A stretch of DNA of 64,000 nucleotides from IMG/VR virus record IMGVR_UViG_3300012987_000009, positions 1,690-65,689 of that record. One strand, written 5' to 3'. The position numbers and the translations under genes were made by a program. The notes under the pieces were generated by a model. That model saw nothing but the letters and a program-made list of their open reading frames with translations. It had not been told where the DNA came from and did no database searches. This stretch comes from a virus. Taxonomy: Duplodnaviria; Caudoviricetes. Of this stretch, positions 7,516 to 16,454 are shown piece by piece. How positions within the stretch are numbered: the stretch's first letter is position 1; each line of letters begins with the position of its first letter.

Positions 7516-8535
7516 ATGAAGCAAACTGTAAAAGTTTCTGTATCCGATATAAGATCGTTCAAGAAAAATTCATCTCGCATAACAAGTAAAGGAATCATTC
7601 CAATCCTTGATTATATAAAATTCGACAATGGCACGATTACAAAGACGAGCCAAAATGAATACGTAGTTCAAGAGTCTAATTTTAATGGCGCGTTTCTTGT
7701 CGAAGAGAGGGTGCTTTTTAATTTCATCGAATATACCAACGCGGCAGAGATTTTATTTGTAGCAGATGGGAAAAAAGTCATTCTATCTGATGGCTCACAG
7801 AAGGCTTCATCTAATCAAGATGATATTAACCTTTTCCCTAAAATAGAACAACCTCCCAAAGAAACTGTTTCTTTGACTGATACTATTCTTAAACTTTTTG
7901 GATCGGCGGCCAAGTACACACATGAAAAGGATGACGATCTCAGGAAATCTCATATTTTCATAGGAGGGGACGCTATAATAGCATCAGATGGGTTTATCGC
8001 TTTTTATAGAAAAATAGATAGAGAGTTGCCTAAAACGGCTATCCATAGAAGTGTGGCAGAAAAAGTCAGCACAATAGATCCCGCTGATTTCTCCCAAACC
8101 GAAAAGAAACTTTTTTTCAGGGCCGGTAAAGTCCTTTATGGTTTTAAAAAAACCGAAGCGACATATATTGATATGAGCGGATTTTTCAACTACAAAAAGG
8201 ATACTTATTTTCATGCACCCAAATTTGAACTTATCGCATTTAATGAAATGAGTTTGGGCATGTCTAAACTAAGGTTATGTCACCCCTACTTAGAAGTGGT
8301 TAACGGGAAGCTATTAATGTCAGCCGTTAACAGCGATTATGGAGTGGATAATGAGAAAGAAATAGAGGTTGTTGGAGAAATGGGAGATAAATTTCAATAT
8401 GATGCCGTTATATTAAATCGGCTACTGAAGACAGCTCCAGACGAAGAATTAACTTTTAGCCGCGTAAAAGGCATGATGTACATAACCGGTGATTCCGGGT
8501 TTACTTCACTTATAATGGAATTATTAAACTTATGA
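7516..8535 (+). CDS. dnaN: DNA polymerase III beta sliding-clamp-like protein
   Basis: 339 aa, IIPILDYIKF near the N-terminus, IIASDGF, C-terminal FQYDAVILNRLLK...FTSLIM pattern. Confidence 0.7.
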   Translation: MKQTVKVSVSDIRSFKKNSSRITSKGIIPILDYIKFDNGTITKTSQNEYVVQESNFNGAFLVEERVLFNFIEYTNAAEILFVADGKKVILSDGSQKASSNQDDINLFPKIEQPPKETVSLTDTILKLFGSAAKYTHEKDDDLRKSHIFIGGDAIIASDGFIAFYRKIDRELPKTAIHRSVAEKVSTIDPADFSQTEKKLFFRAGKVLYGFKKTEATYIDMSGFFNYKKDTYFHAPKFELIAFNEMSLGMSKLRLCHPYLEVVNGKLLMSAVNSDYGVDNEKEIEVVGEMGDKFQYDAVILNRLLKTAPDEELTFSRVKGMMYITGDSGFTSLIMELLNL

Positions 8536-8741
8536 TACCGTTTAATTTAGAGAGAGCTAAACTTGGCTTACCGATGCTCACCCGAATAGGGCAAAATGCA
8601 AAATTAATTGCTCATCTTGATGGAGACCAACCAGCTCCTCTTGTAGTAGAAGTAGATGGGCATGAATTAGAAAACTATTATCTAAACGGAAGGCATAACT
8701 TATACCACGATACAGAGTTTGATTTATTCATGGAATATTAA
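8532..8741 (+). CDS. phage hypothetical protein
   Basis: PFNLERAKLG...TRIG...DLFM pattern. Confidence 0.65.
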   Translation: MIPFNLERAKLGLPMLTRIGQNAKLIAHLDGDQPAPLVVEVDGHELENYYLNGRHNLYHDTEFDLFMEY

Positions 8742-8752
8742 AATATACTGCA

Positions 8753-8923
8753 ATGACAGATAAACAATTTGTATTGAGACACTACCCAGACGCCTATGCC
8801 GAGGCAGATGCTTTTGGTGTTGTCATTTATGATGCAATAACGGAGGATCAGCTTGGATCGGGCGATGATCACGCAGAAGCATGGGCTGATGCGAGGAATG
8901 AAATTGAACTAAATAAAAACTGA
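8753..8923 (+). CDS. small acidic protein (56 aa, not in ORF track)
   Basis: MTDKQFVLRHYPDAYA...AEAWADARNEIELNKN fills the gap. Confidence 0.6.
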   Translation: MTDKQFVLRHYPDAYAEADAFGVVIYDAITEDQLGSGDDHAEAWADARNEIELNKN

Positions 8924-8927
8924 TCAG

Positions 8928-9227
8928 ATGAGTGAAATGGGAGAAATGTGGAGCGAACAACGCGAAAAGCTCCGATCAAAAAAGGCTAACCTGTTAAAGT
9001 GGAATACAGATGTAATGTATGGTATGCAGGTAGAATTCGACAACTACTTTGAAATAAAAAAGCATACTGAGTTTCATTACAGCCTATTCCATCCTGAACG
9101 CGGGCGTATGGACTTTTGGCCGTCTACAGGAAAGATATCATGGTTCAATAAGAACGGTAAAACATACGGCAAGCCAACTGTTATAAAAGACTTTGAAGAA
9201 TATTTGATGCAGAATTTCAAACCATAG
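8928..9227 (+). CDS. hypothetical protein
   Basis: MGEMW...DFWPSTGK pattern typical of small phage proteins. Confidence 0.65.
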   Translation: MSEMGEMWSEQREKLRSKKANLLKWNTDVMYGMQVEFDNYFEIKKHTEFHYSLFHPERGRMDFWPSTGKISWFNKNGKTYGKPTVIKDFEEYLMQNFKP

Positions 9228-9260
9228 ATGCATTCACACTAACTAAATAAAATAATAACA

Positions 9261-9560
9261 ATGAGCAATAACAATAACAAATCAGGAGGGGTCGGGTTCC
9301 TTGGATTATTATGCCTTGTATTTATCGTTTTAAAACTTACTGATAATATCGATTGGTCTTGGTGGTGGGTATTGTGTCCATTGTGGGGGCCCGTGGTATT
9401 ATGTTTGGTTGGGTTGGCTATTTACTTCCCTTTTTGGGTTAAAAATAAAAAAGATAAAGAAAAAAGAATAGCCGCTGGCTATAGCAAACACAGTTGGGAC
9501 AACGGCGGCAGATCAAAATGGCAACAAAGGCTTGATGAAATGAATAAACAAAAAAAATAA
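9261..9560 (+). CDS. two-TM membrane protein
   Basis: GVGFLGLLCLVFIVLKL...IDWSWWWVLCPLW. Confidence 0.75.
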   Translation: MSNNNNKSGGVGFLGLLCLVFIVLKLTDNIDWSWWWVLCPLWGPVVLCLVGLAIYFPFWVKNKKDKEKRIAAGYSKHSWDNGGRSKWQQRLDEMNKQKK

Positions 9561-9561
9561 C

Positions 9562-9777
9562 ATGTCAGAAATACACGAAACAACAGATGGCAAAATAATC
9601 CCAATAGAAAATATTGATTATGTAGGCGAAGTTGAGCGACCTTACGAATGGGGGTATAAAGTATTCATGAAAAGCGGTAGTTATTTATGGGTGAGTAAAA
9701 ATGACAGCAGACATTATATCGTTGATTGCAGGAATAAACTTATTGATAAACTTAAAAATCATAAACCATGTATATAG
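9562..9777 (+). CDS. hypothetical protein
   Basis: ORF in operon. Confidence 0.6.
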   Translation: MSEIHETTDGKIIPIENIDYVGEVERPYEWGYKVFMKSGSYLWVSKNDSRHYIVDCRNKLIDKLKNHKPCI

Positions 9778-10199
9778 CAATTACAGAATTTAACGCATGG
9801 GAAAACGAAAGATGGACTTACGTTTTGGATATAGATAAACAAGACGGCGAAGTACTTAATAATCTGATGATATTTATTCGTGTCGCCAATCAGTACTTCG
9901 AAGAAGTAAAAGAGAAGGCAACGCATAGATTATTTGCTGCTTCCAGATATAATTTCAGATTTTATAATGAGTTAGATACAAGTAAAAAGTATCCTGTATT
10001 AAGGAATAAAAAAGTATCGCTTGTGATGAATAGTAAAAGTGCGTACAACTCAGATTTCATTGACCCAAACATGATAATATCGCCATTAAGAATGAAATCT
10101 GCTATGCTAAGAATGAGGGACAAGCAAACAAACGACCTATACAAAAACTTTGATAGCTTATTCTTGAAAAACAAATCAAAGACTGTAACAAAAGACTAA
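9768..10199 (+). CDS. hypothetical protein
   Basis: ORF in operon. Confidence 0.6.
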   Translation: MYIAITEFNAWENERWTYVLDIDKQDGEVLNNLMIFIRVANQYFEEVKEKATHRLFAASRYNFRFYNELDTSKKYPVLRNKKVSLVMNSKSAYNSDFIDPNMIISPLRMKSAMLRMRDKQTNDLYKNFDSLFLKNKSKTVTKD

Positions 10200-10213
10200 T
10201 AGAAGCATAAACA

Positions 10214-10453
10214 ATGAAAAAATCAAAGGCCATTAGTCCGGTTATTGTTACGTTAAAAAATGATTATTTTGAGGTTTTAACTGCTGGGTGGTTAAGTATA
10301 AGTCAACCAGACGGATCATTCATTCCAGTAACTAATGGGGGCTACTTTACATGCAGAAATTTAGAAACTGGGCAATATGCAGATGTTTTCAATAGCGACA
10401 TAAAGCTAATAGCTCGTAAGGCACGAAAAAGAAGTATTTCTAATAATTATTGA
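10214..10453 (+). CDS. hypothetical protein
   Basis: ORF in operon. Confidence 0.55.
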   Translation: MKKSKAISPVIVTLKNDYFEVLTAGWLSISQPDGSFIPVTNGGYFTCRNLETGQYADVFNSDIKLIARKARKRSISNNY

Positions 10454-10785
10454 ATATGTGTGTAGGAATAGATAATTGCAGCAAAAAGAACTGCCTGGAA
10501 CAAGAGCGTTGTGTATTCCCGGTTCGCCTTAGCCTTACTTTTAAAATTGAAGGCCCGGAGGTGGTAGGCAAAATACAATTAAGCAAGTTCGCATGTAGAA
10601 AGCACAGGAAGCTATGTGTCAACGAAAGTGCTTGCGAGATACTAGGCCAATGCATGTATGAGCATCCGGCTGTCATTGCATCTAAAACATTCAAAAGGGA
10701 GCTTAATAAAGCTATTAGTATAGACGAAATATCAAATGTATTTGCAAGGAGATTAGCTAAGGTTAAGAAAATAAATAAAAAATAA
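10450..10785 (+). CDS. Cys-rich protein with two 4-Cys clusters
   Basis: CVGIDNCSKKNCLEQERC and CRKHRKLCVNESACEILGQC. Confidence 0.55.
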   Translation: MNMCVGIDNCSKKNCLEQERCVFPVRLSLTFKIEGPEVVGKIQLSKFACRKHRKLCVNESACEILGQCMYEHPAVIASKTFKRELNKAISIDEISNVFARRLAKVKKINKK

Positions 10786-10791
10786 TTACTT

Positions 10792-11034
10792 ATGCAGACA
10801 TTAAAATTGATATTTGGAGCAATGGCTCCTAAATTGGCAGAACAGCTTAAAAGTCAGAATTTTTCTTACAATAAAGTAGATATGATTCATTTTCAAAAAG
10901 ACGCCGATGCTATAGTTAGGCTTAAAGTAAGAGGATTAATCACAGCTTTTGAGACAGAAAAAGCAACAAACAAACTTATAAAAAGTATAAAAAAGCACAT
11001 AGAGAGTAGATTGCAAGAAACAGATTTTAAATAA
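10792..11034 (+). CDS. hypothetical protein
   Basis: ORF in operon. Confidence 0.6.
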   Translation: MQTLKLIFGAMAPKLAEQLKSQNFSYNKVDMIHFQKDADAIVRLKVRGLITAFETEKATNKLIKSIKKHIESRLQETDFK

Positions 11035-11186
11035 TTACTGAAAAACCAACATCCACACCTATTCGTCCATCTAACGTCCTATGGCCTCTGAATTTTTTAG
11101 GGAATATTTTTCCCAAAATGAACTAAAAAATTTGCTCATACAAATATAACGCCGTAGATTAGCGGAATCAATTACCCATAAAAACA

Positions 11187-11384
11187 ATGGCACGTAAACC
11201 AAGACCGTTAGACATAGCCGCATTGAAGGCTGAATACGAAGTATTAGTTGAGGCGTTGAAAAAAGTAGATTTCGATAAAGCGAAGGCCGCCCGGCTGCTC
11301 AACGTAGATCGCAAGACAATTTCCAATAAATTAAAGCAGTGTCGTGAAGCAGGAGTGCATGAACAATCCACTCAAGTTGCTTAA
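11187..11384 (+). CDS. stand-alone Fis/NtrC-type HTH protein
   Basis: LVEALKKVDFDKAKAARLLNVDRKTISNKLKQ. Confidence 0.8.
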   Translation: MARKPRPLDIAALKAEYEVLVEALKKVDFDKAKAARLLNVDRKTISNKLKQCREAGVHEQSTQVA

Positions 11385-11484
11385 ATTGCCAACCCTAAAC
11401 ATTCACATCTTATAAAATTAGAATGCGAAAACACGTTTCAATTTTTAGTGTACTAACCTGGGTAAATATTCGATTAGATTTTAT

Positions 11485-11591
11485 AAAAGGCAAAACCCCG
11501 TCCTAAGACGGGGCCGTAATTAAATACTCCGGTGTTTTTAAAGCCTTTGACCGGCCTGCCGCTGACTAAACGGCACACAATCTCAAAGTTA
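11485..11591 (-). ncRNA. candidate antisense small RNA (about 94 nt) with its own promoter and terminator
   Basis: Minus-strand TAACTTTG (11591-11584), hairpins TGCCG/CGGCA and CCGGT/ACCGG, terminator CCCCGTC/GACGGGG plus TTTTGCCTTTT. Confidence 0.55.
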
Positions 11592-11900
11592 CTAAACTTA
11601 TTTGGTATTCTTACCAACTACCTTGGGCAATGTTCTACGAAGAAAACAACCCTTAAGATTTAAAGGCAGCCCTGTTACTCCAGGGATGTAAAGGTGGTTA
11701 ACTGATATGCGATTAGGGGCTTAATGACCGGATGACCGGGCCTTATCGCTTAATATACACTGAGTAGGGAGAGAAAGGATTTGTAGCGGGAACCCTGTGT
11801 ATATGAAGGTGGTATCAGTAAAATAGGTAGTCAAATATCAGCACCCTAAAAGGTGCCGGTATCTAACCTTTGTATGTTTAATATTAAATAAAAAAAATAT

Positions 11901-12341
11901 ATGGAAAAGGTTAAATGTTACTTTGATGGAGCTTGCGAACCAAAAAATCCCGGAGGGAATATGGGGATTGGCGCTTATATTTTGGTTCATGGTAAAGAAA
12001 TTTATACTCACAGCAATTACATCCTGGCTAATTCAGAAAACTCTAATAATGTAGCCGAATACATGGCGTTAGAAAAAATACTTCAATATCTACAATCAAA
12101 CGATCTTAAATCAAAGGAGATATGGATATATGGGGATAGTAATTTAGTTATTCAACAAATGTCCGGTAAATGGAAGGTTAAAAATGGCTTATATAAAGAA
12201 TCAGCGCTCCGTTGTAAGGAACTTGCCTTGCGGCTTAAAACTAAACATAATCTTAATTACAAATGGATTCCTAGAGAGCTTAATGAAAGAGCCGATAAAT
12301 TAAGCAAACAACACCTTTTAACCGAAACCGAGAAGCCATGA
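11901..12341 (+). CDS. rnhA: ribonuclease HI
   Basis: YFDGAC, NNVAEY, GDSNLVIQQM, WIPRELNERADKLS catalytic acidic set. Confidence 0.9.
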   Translation: MEKVKCYFDGACEPKNPGGNMGIGAYILVHGKEIYTHSNYILANSENSNNVAEYMALEKILQYLQSNDLKSKEIWIYGDSNLVIQQMSGKWKVKNGLYKESALRCKELALRLKTKHNLNYKWIPRELNERADKLSKQHLLTETEKP

Positions 12342-12673
12342 CAAAAAGTAACTTAGAAAAAAAAGAAACACAAATCCCACATCCATTCTCTGAAAAATTC
12401 ATACCACGTTGGGAGAAGTGGAAAGCGTTTAAGAAAGAGCAATTCCGATTTACGTATAAGCCAATAGGTGAAGAGGGGGCATTAAATAAGCTATACCGGC
12501 TTTCGGGCGGTAATGAGGATATTGCCTTCGAAATAATAGAAGAGGCAATAGCGAACGGCTGGAAGGGCTTTTTTGAACTTAAAAACAACAATAATGGAAC
12601 GAACCCTAAAGGATTTGCTCCGAAACCAACCCCAACCGGAAATGTCCCTGCGGGAGGTTTTGGACAGTTTTAA
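12338..12673 (+). CDS. replication-initiator C-terminal-like domain (no N-terminal HTH)
   Basis: WEKWKAFKKEQFRFTYK...LSGG...IIEEAIANGWKGFFELK immediately before a DnaC-like ATPase. Confidence 0.55.
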   Translation: MTKSNLEKKETQIPHPFSEKFIPRWEKWKAFKKEQFRFTYKPIGEEGALNKLYRLSGGNEDIAFEIIEEAIANGWKGFFELKNNNNGTNPKGFAPKPTPTGNVPAGGFGQF

Positions 12674-13436
12674 GCACATTGAGCTTACTGATGATGAGTA
12701 TTGTGAGGCTATGATTGAGGCAAAAAGAAAAAAAGAGGAATTACTTAAACAACATGAAAGGGAGAGGCTGGCGCAGCAAAACCGAAAACAACTAATTGAA
12801 ACGGGATGGTCTTATGAGCAAACAAGATCATACATGCTTTACAGGGCTCAGTCTTTGTTCGATGGTAGATTTGTTTTGGATCAGTTCAATCAGCCTGTTT
12901 TTGAATTATTGTGTCATTACTTTAGCCGTAGCAATGAGTTTATTTCGTTGGCATCCGGGATGGGGGTTGTGAACCCTAGTTTAGAAAAGGGAATTATCTT
13001 GGCCGGGAATTATGGCACAGGTAAAACTTGGTTGATGAGTTTGTTTAGAAAAAATAATCGACAGGTATACCATGTAGAGCAAGCTAAGGATATAGCTTTC
13101 GCATATCAAAAAAACGGCGATGAAGCTATTGAGCGGCATAGGATCAAAATCGTAAATCCATTTAATGACCCAACTGTTTTTTATCAAAAAAATGCGGGAT
13201 TATGCATGGAAGATATTGGGGCAGAAGATGTAAAAAACAACTTTGGCAATAAAACTAACGTCATAGGTGATCTTATAGAGGCGAGATATGTAAACGACTT
13301 GCTTGGCATTTGGTTTCATGGAACCACTAATATGACAACAACTCATTTTGGAGAGTTTTATGGCGGTAGAGTTACTAGCAGGCTTAGAGAAAAAACAAAT
13401 TTCATCGAATTGCGTGGCCCAGATAGGAGAAGATAA
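12594..13436 (+). CDS. DnaC/IstB-like AAA+ ATPase (helicase loader)
   Basis: Walker A GNYGTGKT, Walker B LCMEDIG, TTN, YGGRVTSRLRE, LRGPDRR. Confidence 0.85.
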   Translation: MERTLKDLLRNQPQPEMSLREVLDSFKHIELTDDEYCEAMIEAKRKKEELLKQHERERLAQQNRKQLIETGWSYEQTRSYMLYRAQSLFDGRFVLDQFNQPVFELLCHYFSRSNEFISLASGMGVVNPSLEKGIILAGNYGTGKTWLMSLFRKNNRQVYHVEQAKDIAFAYQKNGDEAIERHRIKIVNPFNDPTVFYQKNAGLCMEDIGAEDVKNNFGNKTNVIGDLIEARYVNDLLGIWFHGTTNMTTTHFGEFYGGRVTSRLREKTNFIELRGPDRRR

Positions 13437-13771
13437 TGAACGATCCTGTACAAATAGCAAAAGAGCAAACCGAATTCATGTGGTACATCGGAAGGAAAGA
13501 AACAGCCTTGTTCGAGGCCCACAGCATGGCCTATACTGAAGAAGTGGTAATGCAAAACGCCAGGCGTAACTTAATGGTTTGGATTTATTGTTTGTTAAGA
13601 AATTATAAAAAGATAGTACCAATAGAAAACTTAGAACCGGATGTAAAAAAGAAAATGTGGGCTTTTGTAAAAGAAATATGCGCCGGGAAAACAGATGATC
13701 CAAAGCGCATGAAGCAAATAGCACAAGTTTTTTATGCGATTGAATACTTTATAAACGAAAACAATGGTTAA
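13436..13771 (+). CDS. hypothetical protein
   Basis: TAATG coupling. Confidence 0.65.
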   Translation: MNDPVQIAKEQTEFMWYIGRKETALFEAHSMAYTEEVVMQNARRNLMVWIYCLLRNYKKIVPIENLEPDVKKKMWAFVKEICAGKTDDPKRMKQIAQVFYAIEYFINENNG

Positions 13772-14186
13772 AATTCAGGTTATAGGCTATGCCGGGAAAG
13801 ACGCAATTGTTCAACAGCATGGGACAGACAGCGTAATAAATTTCTCTATTTGCCACACAGACAAATATAAGGATGCCAGTGGTCAAAAATACGAACGAGC
13901 TACATGGGTAACATGTTCATGGTGGTTAGAAAATACGAATGTAGCTCAATATATAAAGAAAGGTACGTTACTTTGGGTAGAGGGTTTCCCTGAAGCCAAA
14001 CAATACAAAAACAAGCAAACTGGCGAAACAACCCCTTATTTAAGCATGAGAGTATCTAGGGTGGAGTTGCTTGGTGGTAAAAGAGAAGATAATCAACCCG
14101 TAGGTACACAAGCACAACAAACACAGCAGCCGCAACAACCTGGTGGAGGGTTTACGCCATATGATTCAGATGAGCCTCCTTTTTAA
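13764..14186 (+). CDS. ssb: single-stranded DNA-binding protein
   Basis: IGYAGKDA, YIKKGTLLWVEG OB-fold motifs, Q-rich linker, DSDEPPF tail. Confidence 0.92.
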   Translation: MVKIQVIGYAGKDAIVQQHGTDSVINFSICHTDKYKDASGQKYERATWVTCSWWLENTNVAQYIKKGTLLWVEGFPEAKQYKNKQTGETTPYLSMRVSRVELLGGKREDNQPVGTQAQQTQQPQQPGGGFTPYDSDEPPF

Positions 14187-14199
14187 CTTTTAAATTTAT

Positions 14200-14586
14200 A
14201 TGATGCAAACATACATGACGATCTCAAGGATCGCAAAACTCGTACACGAAAACGCAAAGAATAAAGGATTCTGGGATAGGCCGTCCAATACAGGCGAGAA
14301 GCTGATGCTCATTGTTAGTGAGATAGGAGAAGCAATGGAATCAGATCGAAAAGGGATACACTACACCGGGACAGTAGAACCGATAAATGATGAAGTTCTT
14401 GATGAGGTAAAATGGGAATTATGGTTTAAGAATACTGTAAAAGACACCTTTGAGGATGAGTTGGCCGATGCTGTTATAAGAATATTTGATCTTTGCGAAT
14501 CAAAAGGCATCGACATAGAATGGCACATAAAAAAGAAAATGAGGTATAATTCAACACGACCTCATATGCATGGTAAAAAATATTAA
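14200..14586 (+). CDS. MazG-like NTP pyrophosphohydrolase
   Basis: LMLIVSEIGEAMESDR...EDELADAVIRIFDL...KMRYNSTRPHMHGKKY. Confidence 0.85.
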   Translation: MMQTYMTISRIAKLVHENAKNKGFWDRPSNTGEKLMLIVSEIGEAMESDRKGIHYTGTVEPINDEVLDEVKWELWFKNTVKDTFEDELADAVIRIFDLCESKGIDIEWHIKKKMRYNSTRPHMHGKKY

Positions 14587-14603
14587 ACAAATAAAACAAC
14601 AAC

Positions 14604-14909
14604 ATGACTAATTTTAAGGCCGCAGCAATGGCTGCTGGATTCGTAGCTTTACTTGCTTTTCAGGATCATCAATCAAAGAAAACTTATAAGGTAGAGGCAC
14701 CGCTGGAGTATTGGATTCAGATAACAAATGGGATTGAGTTCACTAAGCAAAGCCTCAAAACATCTGATATACCATCAAAGACAGTAACTATCATAAATGA
14801 TAGCTTTTTCCTCCCTTTCCAAATGGAGATAAAGAGGCAAATAGATGCTCAACAAGACGCTGAAAGGAAAGCAGAGCAAAAGAAGGATACTACAAAACCT
14901 AAAAAATAA
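14604..14909 (+). CDS. hypothetical protein with hydrophobic N-terminus
   Basis: AAAMAAGFVALLAF N-terminal segment. Confidence 0.55.
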   Translation: MTNFKAAAMAAGFVALLAFQDHQSKKTYKVEAPLEYWIQITNGIEFTKQSLKTSDIPSKTVTIINDSFFLPFQMEIKRQIDAQQDAERKAEQKKDTTKPKK

Positions 14910-14912
14910 TTT

Positions 14913-15197
14913 ATGCAATTCGAAAAACCAAAAGTAACAATAGATCTGGAAGAGTACCAGCATCTAAAAGATCGAGTAAATGGCATAGATGCAGATCAAT
15001 ATGTAGTGGCTGCTAAAAAAGTAATAGCTGCTTTGTTGACACATAATGGTAATAGCCGAGCTATTAGTGCCTTATTAGCTTCGCAGGGTGTTATGTTTTC
15101 TGTCTCTGTTGGTAATACATCAATGCATTTGTCGTCTCCTATTGGAGTGCATTACGAGTCAATATCGATTTCAATAATTGATGATACTAAAAAGTAA
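14913..15197 (+). CDS. hypothetical protein
   Basis: ORF in operon. Confidence 0.6.
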   Translation: MQFEKPKVTIDLEEYQHLKDRVNGIDADQYVVAAKKVIAALLTHNGNSRAISALLASQGVMFSVSVGNTSMHLSSPIGVHYESISISIIDDTKK

Positions 15198-15200
15198 TAA

Positions 15201-15854
15201 ATGAAGGATATAATATGCCCCGTATGCAGTAATGCCGCTCCGTTTAGATTAAGGAAAGAGAATGTGGATTATCATCAGTGTTGTAGCTGCCACACCCTAT
15301 TCAGCGGCCCACTTGAAAATTCTAATATGATTGGCGGGGAGCATGAAGAAGGTCGTAATACTCAACAGAATCATTTAAGAATAGGCAGAATAGATGAAAT
15401 GATTCTTGGGGCTAAAAAAGAGGGTATACATATTTTAGACTTTGGGTGTGGTCATGGGATGCTTATAGCGGATTTGAAGAAAAGCGGATATCCAAATGTA
15501 ACCGGATATGACGCTTACTCAGACGAGTATAATAAGTTACCAAAGAGAGAACGATACCATATAATTACTGCTATTGAATTGATAGAACATACATCTCATC
15601 CTTATGTTGAAATAGATGTTATGCATCGCGCATTAGTGCCAGGTGGTGTTGTTATGTTCGAAACATCATTCATAGATGTGGCTGGGCAGGAAAATATTCC
15701 GTTGGAAGATTTCTTTTACATAGCACCCAAAAATGGGCATAGTACCATATTCTCTCATCATGGGTTAGACTTGCTCATGTGTCTGAAGGGGTTTATCCCG
15801 CGCAGGCATTTCAATCGACATGTTAGGCTTTATCAAAAACCATACAAAAAATAG
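15201..15854 (+). CDS. class I SAM-dependent methyltransferase with N-terminal Zn ribbon
   Basis: CPVC...CCSC; ILDFGCGHG; VTGYDAY; ITAIELIEH; LVPGGVVMFET. Confidence 0.85.
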   Translation: MKDIICPVCSNAAPFRLRKENVDYHQCCSCHTLFSGPLENSNMIGGEHEEGRNTQQNHLRIGRIDEMILGAKKEGIHILDFGCGHGMLIADLKKSGYPNVTGYDAYSDEYNKLPKRERYHIITAIELIEHTSHPYVEIDVMHRALVPGGVVMFETSFIDVAGQENIPLEDFFYIAPKNGHSTIFSHHGLDLLMCLKGFIPRRHFNRHVRLYQKPYKK

Positions 15855-15856
15855 CG

Positions 15857-15864
15857 TATATTTG
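15857..15864 (+). promoter_or_regulatory. Bacteroidota -7 element before HNH gene
   Basis: TATATTTG 3 nt after the methyltransferase stop. Confidence 0.55.
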
Positions 15865-15986
15865 TATTGCTGTTTCGCTTCTAATGGTTAGCCTGATTAA
15901 TATATTAAAAATAAACTCCGACACGGATGCACCTACTCAATCGCATTGGGGGCGTGACAGCCATCTGTTGTCGGGGTTAATTTTTT

Positions 15987-16448
15987 ATGCATAAGACGCA
16001 TGGCTTAAGTAAAAGCCCATTGTATAAGCTATGGGCTACGGTTAAAAATAGGTGCTATAATAAAAATGACCGTATATACTCTGAGTATGGTGGTCGTGGA
16101 GTTAGGATGTGTGATGAATGGAGGGATAATCCAGAGGCATTTATGGAATGGTGTAAAGATAATGGTTGGCAGAATGGGTTACAGATAGATAAGGATATAA
16201 TAGCCATGAGTCAAGGATTAGTCCCAGATATATATTCGCCAGAAAGGTGTCAATTTGTAACGCCAAAAATAAATGGAACAGCCACAAGAAAAAGCAGATA
16301 TATAGAATATAATGGGGTTTCGAAAACCCTCGCGCAATGGAGTGATGAATTGGGTATTTCAAGAACTACTATATTAATGAGGTTAGATGTATATGGGTAT
16401 ACTGTAGATCAAGCATTAACTAAAGGCTGGCGGGGCCGAAAAACATAA
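15987..16448 (+). CDS. HNH homing endonuclease
   Basis: RCYNKN...YGGRGVRMCDEW...QIDKD...CQFVT, C-terminal YNGVSKTLAQWSDELG. Confidence 0.85.
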   Translation: MHKTHGLSKSPLYKLWATVKNRCYNKNDRIYSEYGGRGVRMCDEWRDNPEAFMEWCKDNGWQNGLQIDKDIIAMSQGLVPDIYSPERCQFVTPKINGTATRKSRYIEYNGVSKTLAQWSDELGISRTTILMRLDVYGYTVDQALTKGWRGRKT

Positions 16449-16454
16449 AAAATA

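Noticed and set aside
11630-11648. Second parS-like site (TGTTCTACGAAGAAAACA)
   Set aside because: Too many mismatches and wrong spacing
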